From Basidiobolus ranarum (Eukaryota), in contig JASJQH010006877.1 of the NCBI GenBank assembly GCA_040143965.1, forward strand, positions 1-64,000: a stretch of DNA of 64,000 nt, given 5' to 3'. Below, in pieces: positions 44,511 to 57,696 of this stretch. Every line of letters starts with the position of its first letter. Position 1 is the first letter of the stretch. The notes under the pieces are model-generated. The model was not told the origin of the DNA. It searched no databases and worked only from the letters and a program-made list of their open reading frames with translations. Made by a program: the position numbers and the translations under genes.

Positions 44511-44776
44511 ATATTCTTCATCTTTTCCATTCACTTTTTTAACTGTCAATCTACTTCGCGCCTTTGATTTTTCGTTTCTATATATTCACGCACAATGTCT
44601 GTGTAGACAAAAAACGTAACTGTCACTTTTTTACTTGATATTTCATTTTTAATAAAAGGAAATCCTTTCGCTCAAATAGCTATACATATTGATTGTACAT
44701 TTTGGATGCAAGACAGAAATACAAATTACTGGAATGCTGCAACTAGAGAAAAGAGGCTAAACATGGAATAAAACAA

Positions 44777-45531
44777 CTATGTGTTTTTGACTATGACTAC
44801 AGGACATTTGACATTATGAGTTATATACTCGCTTAACGAGCCCCAGATCAATCTGAATAAAAGATGCCAATTTAGTACAAGTATCCGCTTCGAAGAGATA
44901 AATTTGTCATCATAGTTACTTCTTCATTCCTTCGTTGTTTCGAGTTCCAACTATCACCGCATCAACGTGTGGTAGGGAATTTATGTAATCTTCGATGATA
45001 GGTCCACTTTCTTTGGTTTCCTTTAGAGTTACCCATTCATACTGAACCTATTTAGGAGATTCGTTAATGATTCTTCTAATGTCGGGAATATGTAGGTATA
45101 TTCACCTTCTCTTTGAACTGCTCTAACCATGTTACACTTTCTTCGACAACTCTTTTCCCCTCTTCTTCGATATCATAATTGTTGGCTTTGTCCAAATCGT
45201 CCCTAAATGTTTAGTGATAGAGTTAATATTTATGTAAGAAAGACACAACTTTTCTAGAACTTCTTACAAGAAAGGAAGAGTGCGGGTTGGGTTCAAGCCT
45301 ATCGCGTGTATGAAGTAGAGTTTATAAGGGCATGCTAAACGAGTTACTAGGTCAATGGCGTAAGTAGCCACCTTTTTAGAGAGTTCACCTGAATCCAAGG
45401 CGACTACTAGGGTATAAGGACTTTCAAGAGATTAGCCTTTCATGTTCATAATGTTTCCCGAGTTACTTCTAGAAGTACCTTAGGAAATAGAGAAGAAGAT
45501 TTTCACAAAGTTCCACTTACTTGGTGTCCAT
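44777..45531 (-). CDS. Universal stress protein (USP/UspA domain), 5 exons
   Basis: Spliced reading: MDTNPYTLVVALDSGELSKKVATYAI..LYFIHAI..VDAVIVGTRNNEGMKKLIWGSLSEYITHNVKCPVVIVKNT*. Absent from the ORF track. Confidence 0.88.
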
Positions 45532-45982
45532 TATTCAAACTTGGTTGGTTGATATAAACAAGAGTCAATTTGAAGTTGTTACTAAATGGCATCCATTGCT
45601 TTTATTGAGTTTCATAGAAATGCTACAGTTTTAATCTAAAAGGAGACGAATTAAAAATTAAGGGCTCTGACAAGGTGATTCATAATGGATCGGATTTGGA
45701 CACGACTACGTAAACTTCGAAGATGCAATGTATCACCTTATTTTAATACCTGCCTCAAATATAATGCATACGTACATTCAGGCTCGTTAGAGGTAAATCC
45801 AAGCCACTAGCTCTAGCCAATCCGAATGATTAAATTAACTTATAACGAGCATGGGGCGGAACGTTTGGGTAGAACTACGACTAAATTTAGATGCTGTTTG
45901 CTCAGTCTGGAAGGCTTTCAATTGTGCTTTATTTGTTACCGGTCATATAAATTCCACTACTCCCCTTCTTATCACATAGAAT

Positions 45983-46426
45983 TTGTTCACTGTACACACC
46001 TTAACACTCGTATGGTTGATTCAGCTGATCCTCAACGGCCTTTTATCGAAACTCCTGCTTTTAATAATTCTTCTACTCAAATACCATGTCAGCTGGGCCA
46101 AGGTCCCAAGGAGTTCCGACCTCAATGAAAAATATGTACGACTTTCAGAAACTCATGGAGTACTAAAATCCGATATTTTAAAACCCTACTCAATAATTCC
46201 TTCTCCATTGACCTTTGCTTGCAAGTATCAGACAAAGAAGGTAGATTTACTAAATTTTGTACAACATAGCAGATTGCTATCCACACCGCCGACTTCACCC
46301 ACGGACAATTCTCGTGATATAACTAATAATGTTTCAGATGTTCAGGAGAGTCCCGATACCACATATGTAAGGCTAACTGTCCGGGCTAACTGTCCCGTAC
46401 GTGGAAGCGTTTGCGGAAATTCTTGA
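45983..46426 (+). CDS. Possible small membrane protein; start uncertain
   Basis: 147-codon open frame with a hydrophobic N-terminal stretch and an S/T/P-rich tail. No in-frame ATG; preceded by an acceptor-like CATAG. Confidence 0.3.
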   Translation: MFTVHTLTLVWLIQLILNGLLSKLLLLIILLLKYHVSWAKVPRSSDLNEKYVRLSETHGVLKSDILKPYSIIPSPLTFACKYQTKKVDLLNFVQHSRLLSTPPTSPTDNSRDITNNVSDVQESPDTTYVRLTVRANCPVRGSVCGNS

Positions 46427-47726
46427 ATGAATTTACACGCATGATGATGATGTATGACTTCAATCCTTAAACAAGAATAGTTTTGAAATGGCTATGGCAA
46501 GTGTAGCACGATTGAGGCTAGACCAAGATGCTTATTCACAGCGTTTTAATCTAAAATGAGATGTAAAGTCGCGTTTGTAAATAAACCGATCCAGTGACAC
46601 CTGTGATATGCTGTAGAATGAATACTGTAAATAATTAACTCACTCTGGGACTTGGCTTTCCCGAAGATATAATAAGTTCTTTCCGAATGGGGATCTTCCT
46701 AAAGATAGTACGGTTGAATCTACCTTCACCATGAGAAAAGAATTGCAGCCTAGATCACCAACGACACTTGTATCCGAATTTACTTAATAATTTAAGCTAC
46801 TACTGAGCATTTGCTTTCTCTCCTCTTAACCAAAACGGTGCTTACCCAACCCTAGGCTGGCTGTTGGATTATTTAGTGTTTCATCTTAGCACTCTGTTAC
46901 TCTGATTTATGCGAATTGTTGGCACTTACCGCGGGAAATACGGACGTGGAATACAAGGAATTTGCTACCAGTCGACAGTTACTATTATAGCAGAAATACT
47001 ACTGCTCTGGCCAAGGTAGCAAATGGCACATTGTAATCCAGCATGGCAGTCAATGAATGATTTGTTCACGCTACGATTTTTGATGATCTGTGATTGAGAC
47101 AAGTAGCTCGCAAAGTACTAGTGTTACACATGCTTGTTTCATAAGGACCCTTGAAGGTTGTAATTCTACACATTAATCTTACTTGGCCCCTATGGTTAGG
47201 TATACGACCAGGAATAGAATGAAGTGATCTCTGCATCAACCTATACATTAACCTATGCATTCTACTAAGTTGTCAAAACACTTGGTCAAGCTTGGAGTTG
47301 TGTGGTGTGTAATCAGCCGATGCAGTTGAATTGATTTTCAAACTCGCCATCTTGTTTTTTGTCACATTGCGAAATCAAACTCGCCTGATTAAGCCATTGT
47401 TTGAAATATATGGGTCATGTGCATTTTAGATGGATCCTTCTATACAAGTCGTTTTATATAGTTAATTTGGACTTTTTCAGCTGCTTTTTACTGCTGATAT
47501 GACTGATATGCCGATACTCTCCACTCGATTTCTCGATTGGATCAGTTGCCAGTGACTTTGCTTTATCATTACTTAAACAATTGAAATTTCTTACCCTGCC
47601 TACAAATCAGTTCCCTTACTCTATAAACCTTTTCATTCCTTTACTGGTCATACCTCATAGAAACCTCAACAAGCATCTGCTACTTTTCCAATAGAATAAA
47701 GAAGTAATTCCTCTACCTCTTTAAGT

Positions 47727-49260
47727 ATGGACCAAAGACCACTTACTTCAACTACTCATAACTCTTATGATAGTGTTGATGCTTCCGGTATGTAGAAAGT
47801 TGAGCCTATTTCTATGGCATGTAAGCTGATGGTATATTTTCTAGAAACACGAAAGCCCACTGCTTCCGAACATGAGCTGTTTGATGAAGGGAGCCATGGC
47901 TCTAATCTAGGGGCATATTTCAACTTAGTGTGAGTTATTGATTTTAGCAAAACATATTTTTCATGGCTATTGACTTACAAGTTACAGTTGTATTATGGCA
48001 GGTACAGGAATCCTTCAACTTCCGCTTTGTCTTCAAGAAGGGGGATGGATTGGTGTTTTTAGTATCATACTTTGTGCCGCTATTGTTTACTACACAGGGA
48101 ACCTTTTGATTAAATGTCTCTACGTTGATGGGTATGTTCTTATCCAGAGCTCTATTAAAGTACGCTTCTGACCTCTTTCCCTTTTAGTACTCGATTGAAT
48201 AATTTATCGGAAATTGGTGAAGCGGCCTTTGGCTCGGTGGGGAAAAATGTCGTTACTTTCTTTACATGGACAATCTTATTCGGTTCCTCAGCCCTTTTCC
48301 TTATTTTGGCTGCGGAAAACCTAACAGTCCTTTGTCGTTCTTTCCTTCCAAATTGGAATGAGACCACTTGGTAGTGAATTTTCTGAACCTTAGTTTTAGA
48401 AATGTTTATCTAACTGTATTTTCATGAATAGGGTCATTGTATGTGCTTTGATAACGTGGCCACCCTTTGTCTTAATGAAGACTCTAAAGGAGGTTGCTAT
48501 ACTTAGTTTCTTTGGCGCGTTCTCCACTGCCATTATGGTGGTGGTAATTATCACACTTGGGATTGTTGATTTACCCAATAACTTGACCAACTCACATACC
48601 TTTGCGAATATCGGAGCATTCCCATCGGTACTTGCGGCGATTGGGTTTTCATTTGGAGGAAATTGCGTCTTTCCACATGTAGAACATAGTATGAAGGATC
48701 GTAAAGCTTGGCCAAAAGTCTATGGATACTCTATACTGACCGTAGCTGGAATGTACCTTTCAACAGCGATAGTAGGATATTATGTGTATGGAGATCATAC
48801 ACAATCCCCCATTTTACTGAATTTACCATCTGGAGCGTATTTAACTCTTGCCATAGCAGTTATCACCGCACATGTACTATTGACCAACCCCATTCTATTA
48901 GCCTCACTATCACTAGAAGCAGAGACTAGACTGAAGATCGATTTGGCATATTTATCACCAGCGAGAGAATTCTTGTATCGTGGATTATTCCGAACTCTAT
49001 TGATCGTATCAGCCGCAGTGATCGCTATCAAATTACATTTCTTTTCAGATGTGATGACACTTCTAGGTGCCATCTCCAACTCCATGTTAATCTTTGTTTT
49101 ACCGGTGCTATTCAACGTGAAACTCTTTGGTGTGAGGAATATGACCACCAGAAAACTCATTTGGTCTGGAATTATCATTTTGGTGGGAACACTCTGTTGC
49201 TGCATTGGGACATACCAAGCAATGAACAACCTGATTAGAAAGGTTCGAGAAGATCAATAG
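47727..49260 (+). CDS. Amino acid/auxin permease (AAAP, Avt1-like) transporter
   Basis: GSNLGAYFNLVC..AGTGILQLP..EGGWIG; FSFGGNCVFPHVEHSMK; GYYVYGDHTQSPILLNLP; about 11 hydrophobic segments. Confidence 0.92.
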
Positions 49261-49570
49261 ATAGATTCCACTTATATATAGAAAAGAATTTTGATTATTA
49301 ATCACGTATTTATCGTGTATTTATTTACCTCGCCCTCCCCTCCCCTCCCCTCACTCTCGCTTAGCCTTAGGTTTTAGACATGGCACATAACCAAATATAT
49401 TGATAAAATTCATAACTCTGTACAACAATAATAGATGGGAGGGGGTTCATTGTCAAGTGTGGTAATGTAATGCATTCCGACTCATTCTCTCCATCTCGAT
49501 GGCGACCTCATATCTATAAACAAACCTGTGAGGGATCAAGTCAATGTGGAAGATCAGTTCAACCAAGAGA

Positions 49571-51665
49571 TCATGTAGAACGAGTCCAAGAGCTTAAACA
49601 TAGTGTAGCACGTGCAATTTCAGATTGATCCAATCGAGCTAGCATCTTTGAGTAGTTATCATTCGAGGAATTGAAAAGTTGTTCTGGTGGAGGGACCATA
49701 GCTGAGATACTTAAGAAATCTCGAGCAATCTTTGAAAGAATAGGATATGAGTTTTGATTGGTTTTCCACCATTCTAGTGCACTAGAATCTGGTGGAACCA
49801 CGGGACTAGCAAAATACATTCCTAATTCATTCGAGTCCGAATAGATTCGGCCACGTTTAAGAGGTCGGGAGATATAGTTGTTGAGATTTAAAGAATTCGT
49901 CTCCGGTTCGTGTTTAGAGGATGTATGTGCAGGTCCAATGCCTGATAAGCTGTAGATCTCAATAATTGATACTAAGCATTCTTTTACATGCTCAATATTC
50001 ACATCATCCGAGAAATACTCCAGCTTAACTCGGGGATCCAAGACCACTGGTATAAATTGTAAAGAACTGAAATCATTCCAACTCCAATACTCTAAAAGGG
50101 TATGAAGCATAGAATTAATGGTTTCTACTGAGATCAAAGGGAGCTTCGATGGAACATCTCGTAGAATTGAAGCTAAACCATGGAAGATTGTGTATACTTT
50201 TCCTAGTGTAGATTGACAAGGAACAGTGAGAATCTCAGCTGCTTGATTGAATGGCTGAAGGAGGGCGCTGTATTGCTTTATTCTTTCCCAATCACTGACG
50301 TTCAGGTGGTCCTTTAGGTCAGCATTTTGCTTTAGAATAGTTTGTATCACCTCTTGATGGTTCAGGAAGCACTTCAGCATATTAAAGGTGGAATTCCACT
50401 GAACCGGATTGTCAAGCTCCAAAGGTTGCTGAGGTCTTGCTGCGTTTCGTTGCAACTCCATCAATTGAGAGTAGATCTCATGCGAGTTCTTGATATAAGT
50501 GATAACTGTTCTGACTTTACTCACAACTACGCTTTCATTCTTCAACCCTTCTTGAACAACCAAATTAAGAATCTTAGTGGAACAAGAGTAGAATTTGAGC
50601 TCCACCATTTTCTCCTGAAGTATCGAAGTCAAAATCGGCATTCCTAGAAGATAATGAGAGCGTTTAAATTCCGACTCTCCTGGGAAATAGATGGACGCGT
50701 ACATAGATAAAGTAAAATTAAGAAATATTTAACATACCGGCCATTAGGTTTGGTGCATTGTCCGAAGTTATGGCAATCACCTTTCCAGCGAGATTATAAT
50801 CAATCAGCACGTTGTAAACTATAGCAGCAATCTGGTTGCCATCGCTGCTTGGATCATAATCTTTTACATCTAAAAAATACGTTTTTACGTCCCATTCGTT
50901 ATCAATATACTGGATTGAAAGTGCAAGATACGATCTCAGATCGCCAGATGTCCACAAGTCAACCGACAATGCGACTTTAGATGCCTCCTCGAGTATTTTT
51001 GTCTTAAATAATCCTTTTTCTTTTTGGAATCGGTGAAACGCTAACTGCTCGAGTTTATTCGGATCAGGAAGAACGCAGCCTTGACTTATTTTACCAATGA
51101 AGTTCATGAAAGAGGGTCTCTCCACAACTTGAAATGGTTGAAGGTCACTGATCAACCAGTCTAGTAGTGCTTCTTGCCAATCTTTAGAAGGAGCCCGATA
51201 TTCTTTGAGTGGTGAGCTTGTCTGAAGAAGTTCATTTTTCAGAGTCTCGACACTTTGGGGTGAATTGGGTAAGAACGTATTCCCTTGATTGAGTGGTGAG
51301 CTCGTTGTGTTCATTTGAGAATGCTGCATTTGTTGTGGTAAAGTAGATGTGTTTCGTCCAGGTAAAAGTGAGGGGCTTATGTTACCCATAGGAGAGTATT
51401 GGTTTATTAAACCCGGAGAAATAGAACCTGTATGGTTGGAGCTAGTTTTGAACCTATCGCCAAGAACAGACGCGTGCTGTGACCTCAAATGATATCTCAA
51501 AGGCGTAGTTGCAGTCAGTTTAGAGAAGGTATTTGTGCAATACCGACACTGGTATCTACCCTCTCTAGCCAAGTAAAAATGGTCCCAAACATCGCTTCTT
51601 CTCTTACTTTTGGGCGCGGAATGGTCGTTAGTTCCTTTCGTATCTGGTGTATTAGGAGCCTCCAT
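49571..51665 (-). CDS. hAT transposase-derived protein (BED finger, RNase H-like DDE core, hATC dimerisation domain), 1 intron; likely domesticated
   Basis: RRSDVWDHF..CRYC..LRYHLRSQH (BED); ALSVDLWTS; ITSDNAPN; VVLDPRVKLEYF; ALEWWK..YPILSKIARDFLSI. No TIR or TSD seen. Confidence 0.88.
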
Positions 51666-52209
51666 TGTGAGCCAAAACGCGAATAAACTATTGAGGAAGT
51701 CTGATGAAGTGATGTGTTTCGGTTAATGTGCAGAGTAGCAATCAGTCGATTAAATTGATCTTTTCTCATCGTGGACACAATTTTATTTGAGCGTTTCAAA
51801 CGATTTGTCATGTGAACATTAAATCTGGCTAGATATTGATATAACAGGGGAACCGTAGATTGATCGTCCCCCAAGAAATCGACTCTATTGGCTCTTCTCG
51901 AATCAAGATCGACCTGTATCACTATAGATCACGGTAATAAATATGATCGATAATCTGAGAATGATTGGTTGTTATTAGGGGAGTAATGTCAATCAAATCG
52001 ATCATATTCGCGTACCAAAGATCAATGGAGGATTAGCATTATTGAAATCAAGAATTAAATCAAATTAATTTGGATTGAATTGGGTTTACACTATTTGTGA
52101 TTTACTTCTAATTATTCATATCGTGGACATGCGTAGGGTTAGCATTCCTTAATGTAGTAGATTTGTGAGTGAAGAAAAGTCTATACATAATGGAGATACA
52201 AGAAAATAA

Positions 52210-52955
52210 TCAAGAATCCTGTTCTTCAACGGTAGGGCGAGTCTCAACTGTATTGGCCACATGTTGCTGAATGGTTTGAAGTGGATTTTGTCGAAAATTA
52301 GGATGCTTCAAGATATTTTGGAAACGGACGATCTCTTGTAAACTAGAAATCAAAAATAAGTTATCGAATTCACTTCTAATATCAATAAATGTCAACTAAC
52401 GCAGTATTTTTTCTTCCTTTCTTGGTGGCCACTCGTTTCTTACTCATGTTCTCTTGAGATAATTTATTCTGATCTTTGTTCTGCTTATCAGCCTCAATAT
52501 TAGGTAGAACCTCTTTAAACATAGTCATGTTCAGGCTGGTATCCTTCTTTCTATTCTTCTTCAACTCTTGGTGGGCTGTATGAAGCTCTAGATATATGGT
52601 GTATACATTTAATTATCGATACGAATATATGGGGATATCACTCAGCGTAATCTTACTTGATAGCCAGTTTTCATGTCGTTGTTTTCTTTTTTCTTTCTTG
52701 GAACTATTCAAACCATCGGAGTTGACAGTCTAAATTGAAGTGTTTTTTTTAATGTGCCACCAAGTTAGCTAGCATATCAAAAACCAGAGATTTGTGGATA
52801 TAGCGATTCATTAGTAGTATACCAACACTAACCTCAACTGTATCAGCTAGTTTTTGAACTTGATTTTCGTGAGCGGCAAAAGTACGTTCCGAGACATGTG
52901 GTGTGCCTACGGCTTGATTATGGAGGCGAGTGCGGTTTCTACGTACTTTAGGCAT
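52210..52955 (-). CDS. SLX9: Ribosome biogenesis protein Slx9/FAM207A-like, 4 exons
   Basis: MPKVRRNRTRLH..SKKEKRKQRHENWLSK..EIVRFQNILKHPNFRQNPLQTIQQHVANT. Confidence 0.85.
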
Positions 52956-53364
52956 TGTATAAAGAGGTTTCGTTTACGAAAGTTTGATGAAAAAGGTGAA
53001 AGATATAGTGAAGTACATTGATATTACCACTTCATCGAGATTTTTTTCTTTTTTTAAATCGAATGATAACCGAACTTTTATTCAGGAATGATGTGTTACT
53101 GTACAAGTTCAACATGCTTTTAATGAGATGAATGTAATGCCAATTAGATTCACTTGGATATCTTAATATACTAAACTCCATTTTATAAGTAATTATTCAA
53201 TACAACATTGGCATAATTCATGTGCTTTTATTATCGTTAACTGGATTCAGATATCGAGAGTTTGTTTAAGATATATGCAATAAGCTAAGATCTATGAGCG
53301 ATTGTTCGTTAAGAGAGTAGGTGAGGCCCAAAGAATCATAGTATATGTGGCAGTGAGTGGGGTA

Positions 53365-55375
53365 TCATGAGACCCGAGACTTGAGGTAAGCCATAACTTC
53401 TTGAGTCCCTTTCTGAAGTAATTGATATCTAGGGACTCGGAAAACATTTCCTTCCAATTTTAGACTAGTAATACTGTCAATAAGTCCCAGCTCGCATGGA
53501 ACCTTGGCTATGTTATTATTGGATAGGTCCAGTTGGACTAACCCTTGAAATGCTTCTGGTTGAAATGCGTCAAGCTTATTGGACGAAAGTTCGAGGATAG
53601 AAAGGTTGGGAAATGGAAGTTTGGCCGGGAACGTACCGGCGATTCGGTTGAAATTCAAATAAAGTTCTGCTAATGCAGGAAAGGCGTCGGTTTCTTGTGG
53701 AACAGATGTGATAAGGTTGTGTGAAAGGTCTAGAGATCGAAGGGCGGGTAAAGTGCATGATGGAATGGGGAATTCCGTAATTTTGTTATGGGTTAGAGTT
53801 ATGGTGGTGAGAGTTTCGAAATAAAGGTATATAGTGGCTGGGACAAGTGGGAAGGAGTTGAAGTCCAATTTGATATGTAATGGTGCGAAGTTTAGACCAG
53901 ATAGTGTAGATTCTTCAAGGGTGGTAAGTGAGCTTTTTGTGAGATCAAGGGTACGTGAAGATATCTGCTGTGTGGTAAGACGGGATACAAGAGCGTTAGG
54001 AGTTGTATCAGTAGTCGGTTTGCTGGTTTCAGATTCAGTTGTTTGTCCATTCGGTAGAGGATCGCTACTTTCACCTTTGTTTTGCGCCTTTTCTTGAGCC
54101 ATGAGACGGACCTCCAGGGTATGCAAAAGATCCGCTGTACTTTTGGCTCTAGGAAAGTTCTTTAACGGGTTTCCATCGTAGTAAAGAGTTTGGAGGGTGG
54201 TGAGGCGGCATAGCTCAAAAGGAAGTTGCGTAAAGTAGTTGTTACGAAGATCAAGAACTTTAATTTCTTTAAGCTCAAAGATGTTGGGTGGAAGGCTGTC
54301 GAGACTGTTATTTTGAAGGTCTAGAATATGAAGAGTAGGAACTCCAACAAAAACATTTCCAAGCGATTTAATGTTATTTCCTGCACAAAGCAGTTCTTTC
54401 AGAATAGGAAATTCGAGTCCATCGATGAAGCCTGTCAGTTTATTGCGAGAGAGATCTAGGCGTACCAACTTCGTGAGTGCAACTGGTGTACTGAATATCT
54501 GGGTGAGTTGATTTTCTTTCGCCTCAAGCTCTGAGAGTGAGACTAATTCCCCAAGACTGGTAGGAAGTGATGTTAACTTATTTTTAGTAAGGTTAAGCTT
54601 GCGTAATGACTTCAACTGGCCAATATTCTCAGGGATACTCTCAATATTGTTGTCGGAGAGATCCAGGATTGAAAGCTTTACAAGCCTCTCAAGACCATCC
54701 AAAGATCCCGATAGCTTATTTCGTTGAAGTTGAAGCTCAACAAGAGGAAGGTCAAACAAGAATTCAGGTAACGATTCAAGCTCGTTCCCTGCCAAGTTAA
54801 GTAAGCACAAGCGGTTCAATTTGCTCATTTCTTGAGGTAACTCCTTCAGCTGATTGTTATGTAACTAACGATATGTATATATAATGTTTAGTTATGAGAT
54901 AACAGATACGAGAATGTATAAATCCTGTACTTACGTCCAATACGGTCAAAGCTTCAAAATGCCCAATTCTAGGATCAAGTTCTTGAAGTAGATTATCGTT
55001 GGCAAAGAATTTAGTCAACTCAACTGATTCCCACCATCTATCGCTGTTGTTAAAGTCTAGGTCTACTTTTTTTGGATCAACATTATACATATTCCATACT
55101 TCATCTGGGATATTGTCCAAGAAACGACCAGCAATATTCAGGATTCCTACCGAATAACGTTAGTAATCTATCAAATAGGAAGGAGAATATAAGGTTTACA
55201 TACCAGAAGATCGAGCTTGTTGTGTGACCTTTTCAAAAACCTTTGAGGTATCTTCTGGTCCCGATTGACCTCCAAAAGTATTGCTACGTTGCCAAGGTTT
55301 GTTTCCCGAGTTGGCAAACCGAGAGGTGGAAGATTTGTTTAATAGCGTGCGATTATTTCCCGGTCTAGAAGTCAT
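53365..55375 (-). CDS. Leucine-rich repeat protein, LRRC40-like
   Basis: QARSSG/ILNIAGRFLDNIPDEVW..DRWWESVELTK; many LxxLxLxxNxL repeats; C-terminal LEGNVFRVPRYQLLQKGTQEVMAYLKSR. Confidence 0.85.
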
Positions 55376-55780
55376 GATCTTACACCTTAGTGGTACTTGT
55401 GAAGTAAATAGTTCAGTCAGGAGCTAAAGTCAGGGTCAGGTTTCCTTAATGTTTTTAACATAACAGTGGAATTATACACTATTATGAATACAGGTTACAA
55501 AATCTACGGAGTGCCACAATCTAATTGGTTAAGCCTCATCCATTTGGCCCATATACTTAATATGTCGTATTGACATTTGAGGGATTTATTCAGTGAATGC
55601 TATCAAAAATATGTATGATTGTGTAGTCAAAAAGTAAGAAACAGGCTAAATAAGGAGATCGTCAACCCAATAGATCATTGTTTATAAGAATTTTCTAGTA
55701 TTTAAACAGAGAAAAATAGGAGAAAACGAGTTATTTAACGGTCTCTACATGCGGAATGCTTAAGCAGTTGTATGAAGAAC

Positions 55781-57696
55781 TCAGAATTTGGCATTTTTCA
55801 TAAAGCAATCTAGCACTCTGTCTGCAGCTTGCCCTGAGGCTAATTGGCCGGATATCACTTGTTCTTCAATCTCTTTAACCAAACTTTTAACTTTGGTGTT
55901 TGTATGAAGACTAATGAAGACATGTTAGACTTAGCATAAATGATACATGCTAAAGGAATACTCACTGGTGCAGCAAAGATTCAGTAACCTCCTTCCACAT
56001 CCATGTCTTGCGTTGTTGTGCACGCTTTTGATCAAATTCACCAGAAGTCTAGGAATAGACTCGTTAACAGGCCTGGCTGCATTCAACGTGGACATCAGAC
56101 AGTAGAAAAGTAAATTACAAACCTCCATTGCCTTCTTGAAATCTGACATATGTCTCCAAGCTTTATCGAGGCCGGTTTTTTCACGAGAAGAAACAAGGGT
56201 GGTCTAGTAGAATTGGCACTGGATTAGCAGTTATACTATGATACTAGTTAATGTACCTATACCTTGGGAGCCCAGTTGGGGCTTGAGGGTTGGATAAATG
56301 ACAAACCGCGCTTATATTCTAGCCGGGCATATTTGGCTGCATTCTCTAACTCACCATCTGCTTTGTTAACAATTATAAGGTCTGATAGCTCAATTATACC
56401 ACGTTTCATTCCCTGAAGCTCGTCTCCACCTACATTTCATAAATAGTGACAACCAATAGTTTAGGACACGAGAGATGCTTAGTACACGCGAGTACCAAAT
56501 CACTACAAAGTCTTACCTCCAGGGGGAACCAATAGTACAAACCTGTATTCAAAGCGAAATTACTACGGAGAAATAGTAACAATCGGTAGTTTAAGAAACA
56601 ACTTACATATCCACCATGTTAGCTACCATAGTTTCGGATTGTCCGACTCCAACTGTTTCGACAAGGCATATGTCATATCCGTTTGCTGTAGATTTCCAAT
56701 ATATTGAGGTTAGATTCTACAATAGCCTAGACAATCAAAAACCAATGTTGCTCCATACCCTCACAAAGTACAATGGCATCGTTGGTGTTTCTGGCAACTC
56801 CGCCTGTAGGTGAAACGTAAGTGTCTATGAAAAAGATGATATTTGACTATTGAATATACCCAATGAGCCTCTAGTGGGCGTTGGTCGAATGTATGCATTG
56901 TCTTGAACAGAGAGTTGGTCCATTCTTGTTTTGTCTCCCAATATGGAGCCACCAGTACGTGTGGATGAAGGATCAACCGCCTATATAAAGAGGATCAGTT
57001 GTAGTAAACGGTGAAATATAAAATCTGCAAGAAAACTTACCAAAACAGATACTTTCATTCCTTTGTCAAGTAGAAACATTCCGAAAGCCTCAATAAATGT
57101 CGATTTACCAGTACCAGGTGGACCACTTAACCCAATCCTAAAGGTTCGTTTGTCACTATTCACTTCGTTATTATGACGCATCACATTTGCTAGTATGCTA
57201 TGTGCCTGTTTTTTATGGCATTCTTTTGAAGATTCGACTGAATATTTTTCAAAATTGAATACCTGAATTCAGTATTTCCACCATTAAACAGCTTGATAGT
57301 ACATAGATAAGTTACCTAGAGTAATTGCTTTAGCTAGAGAACGGCGATCACCAGCAATTAACTTCTCGTACAATGCTTTTGTTTGAGGCTCCTACAATTA
57401 TTTGACATATCAAAAAGGCGCCGTTAGCTATGGCAAAAACAACAGCTTAGTTGAGTTGAATATTGGGTACCATTTCTGGAGATATATTTTGTTTAGTACT
57501 GTCGTCTACTGTTGACCCAAAAGTCTGACAACTTGTAGTACGGCTAAAACCCCTTTTGTGAAGGTGCACAAAGGGGATTCGAAATAAGGGTTTTGGTAAC
57601 TACAGGATTCATAAAAGAGAAATCGCTTTTAAAATAAGTCAAAGCATTGAAAATAAAGACAATTGAGCAAACCTTGAAACCTAAGGAAGTCATCAT
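55781..57696 (-). CDS. MMAA: MeaB/MMAA (ArgK-family) G3E GTPase, chaperone of methylmalonyl-CoA mutase, with a mitochondrial presequence
   Basis: [82 protein letters not shown]. Confidence 0.94.
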
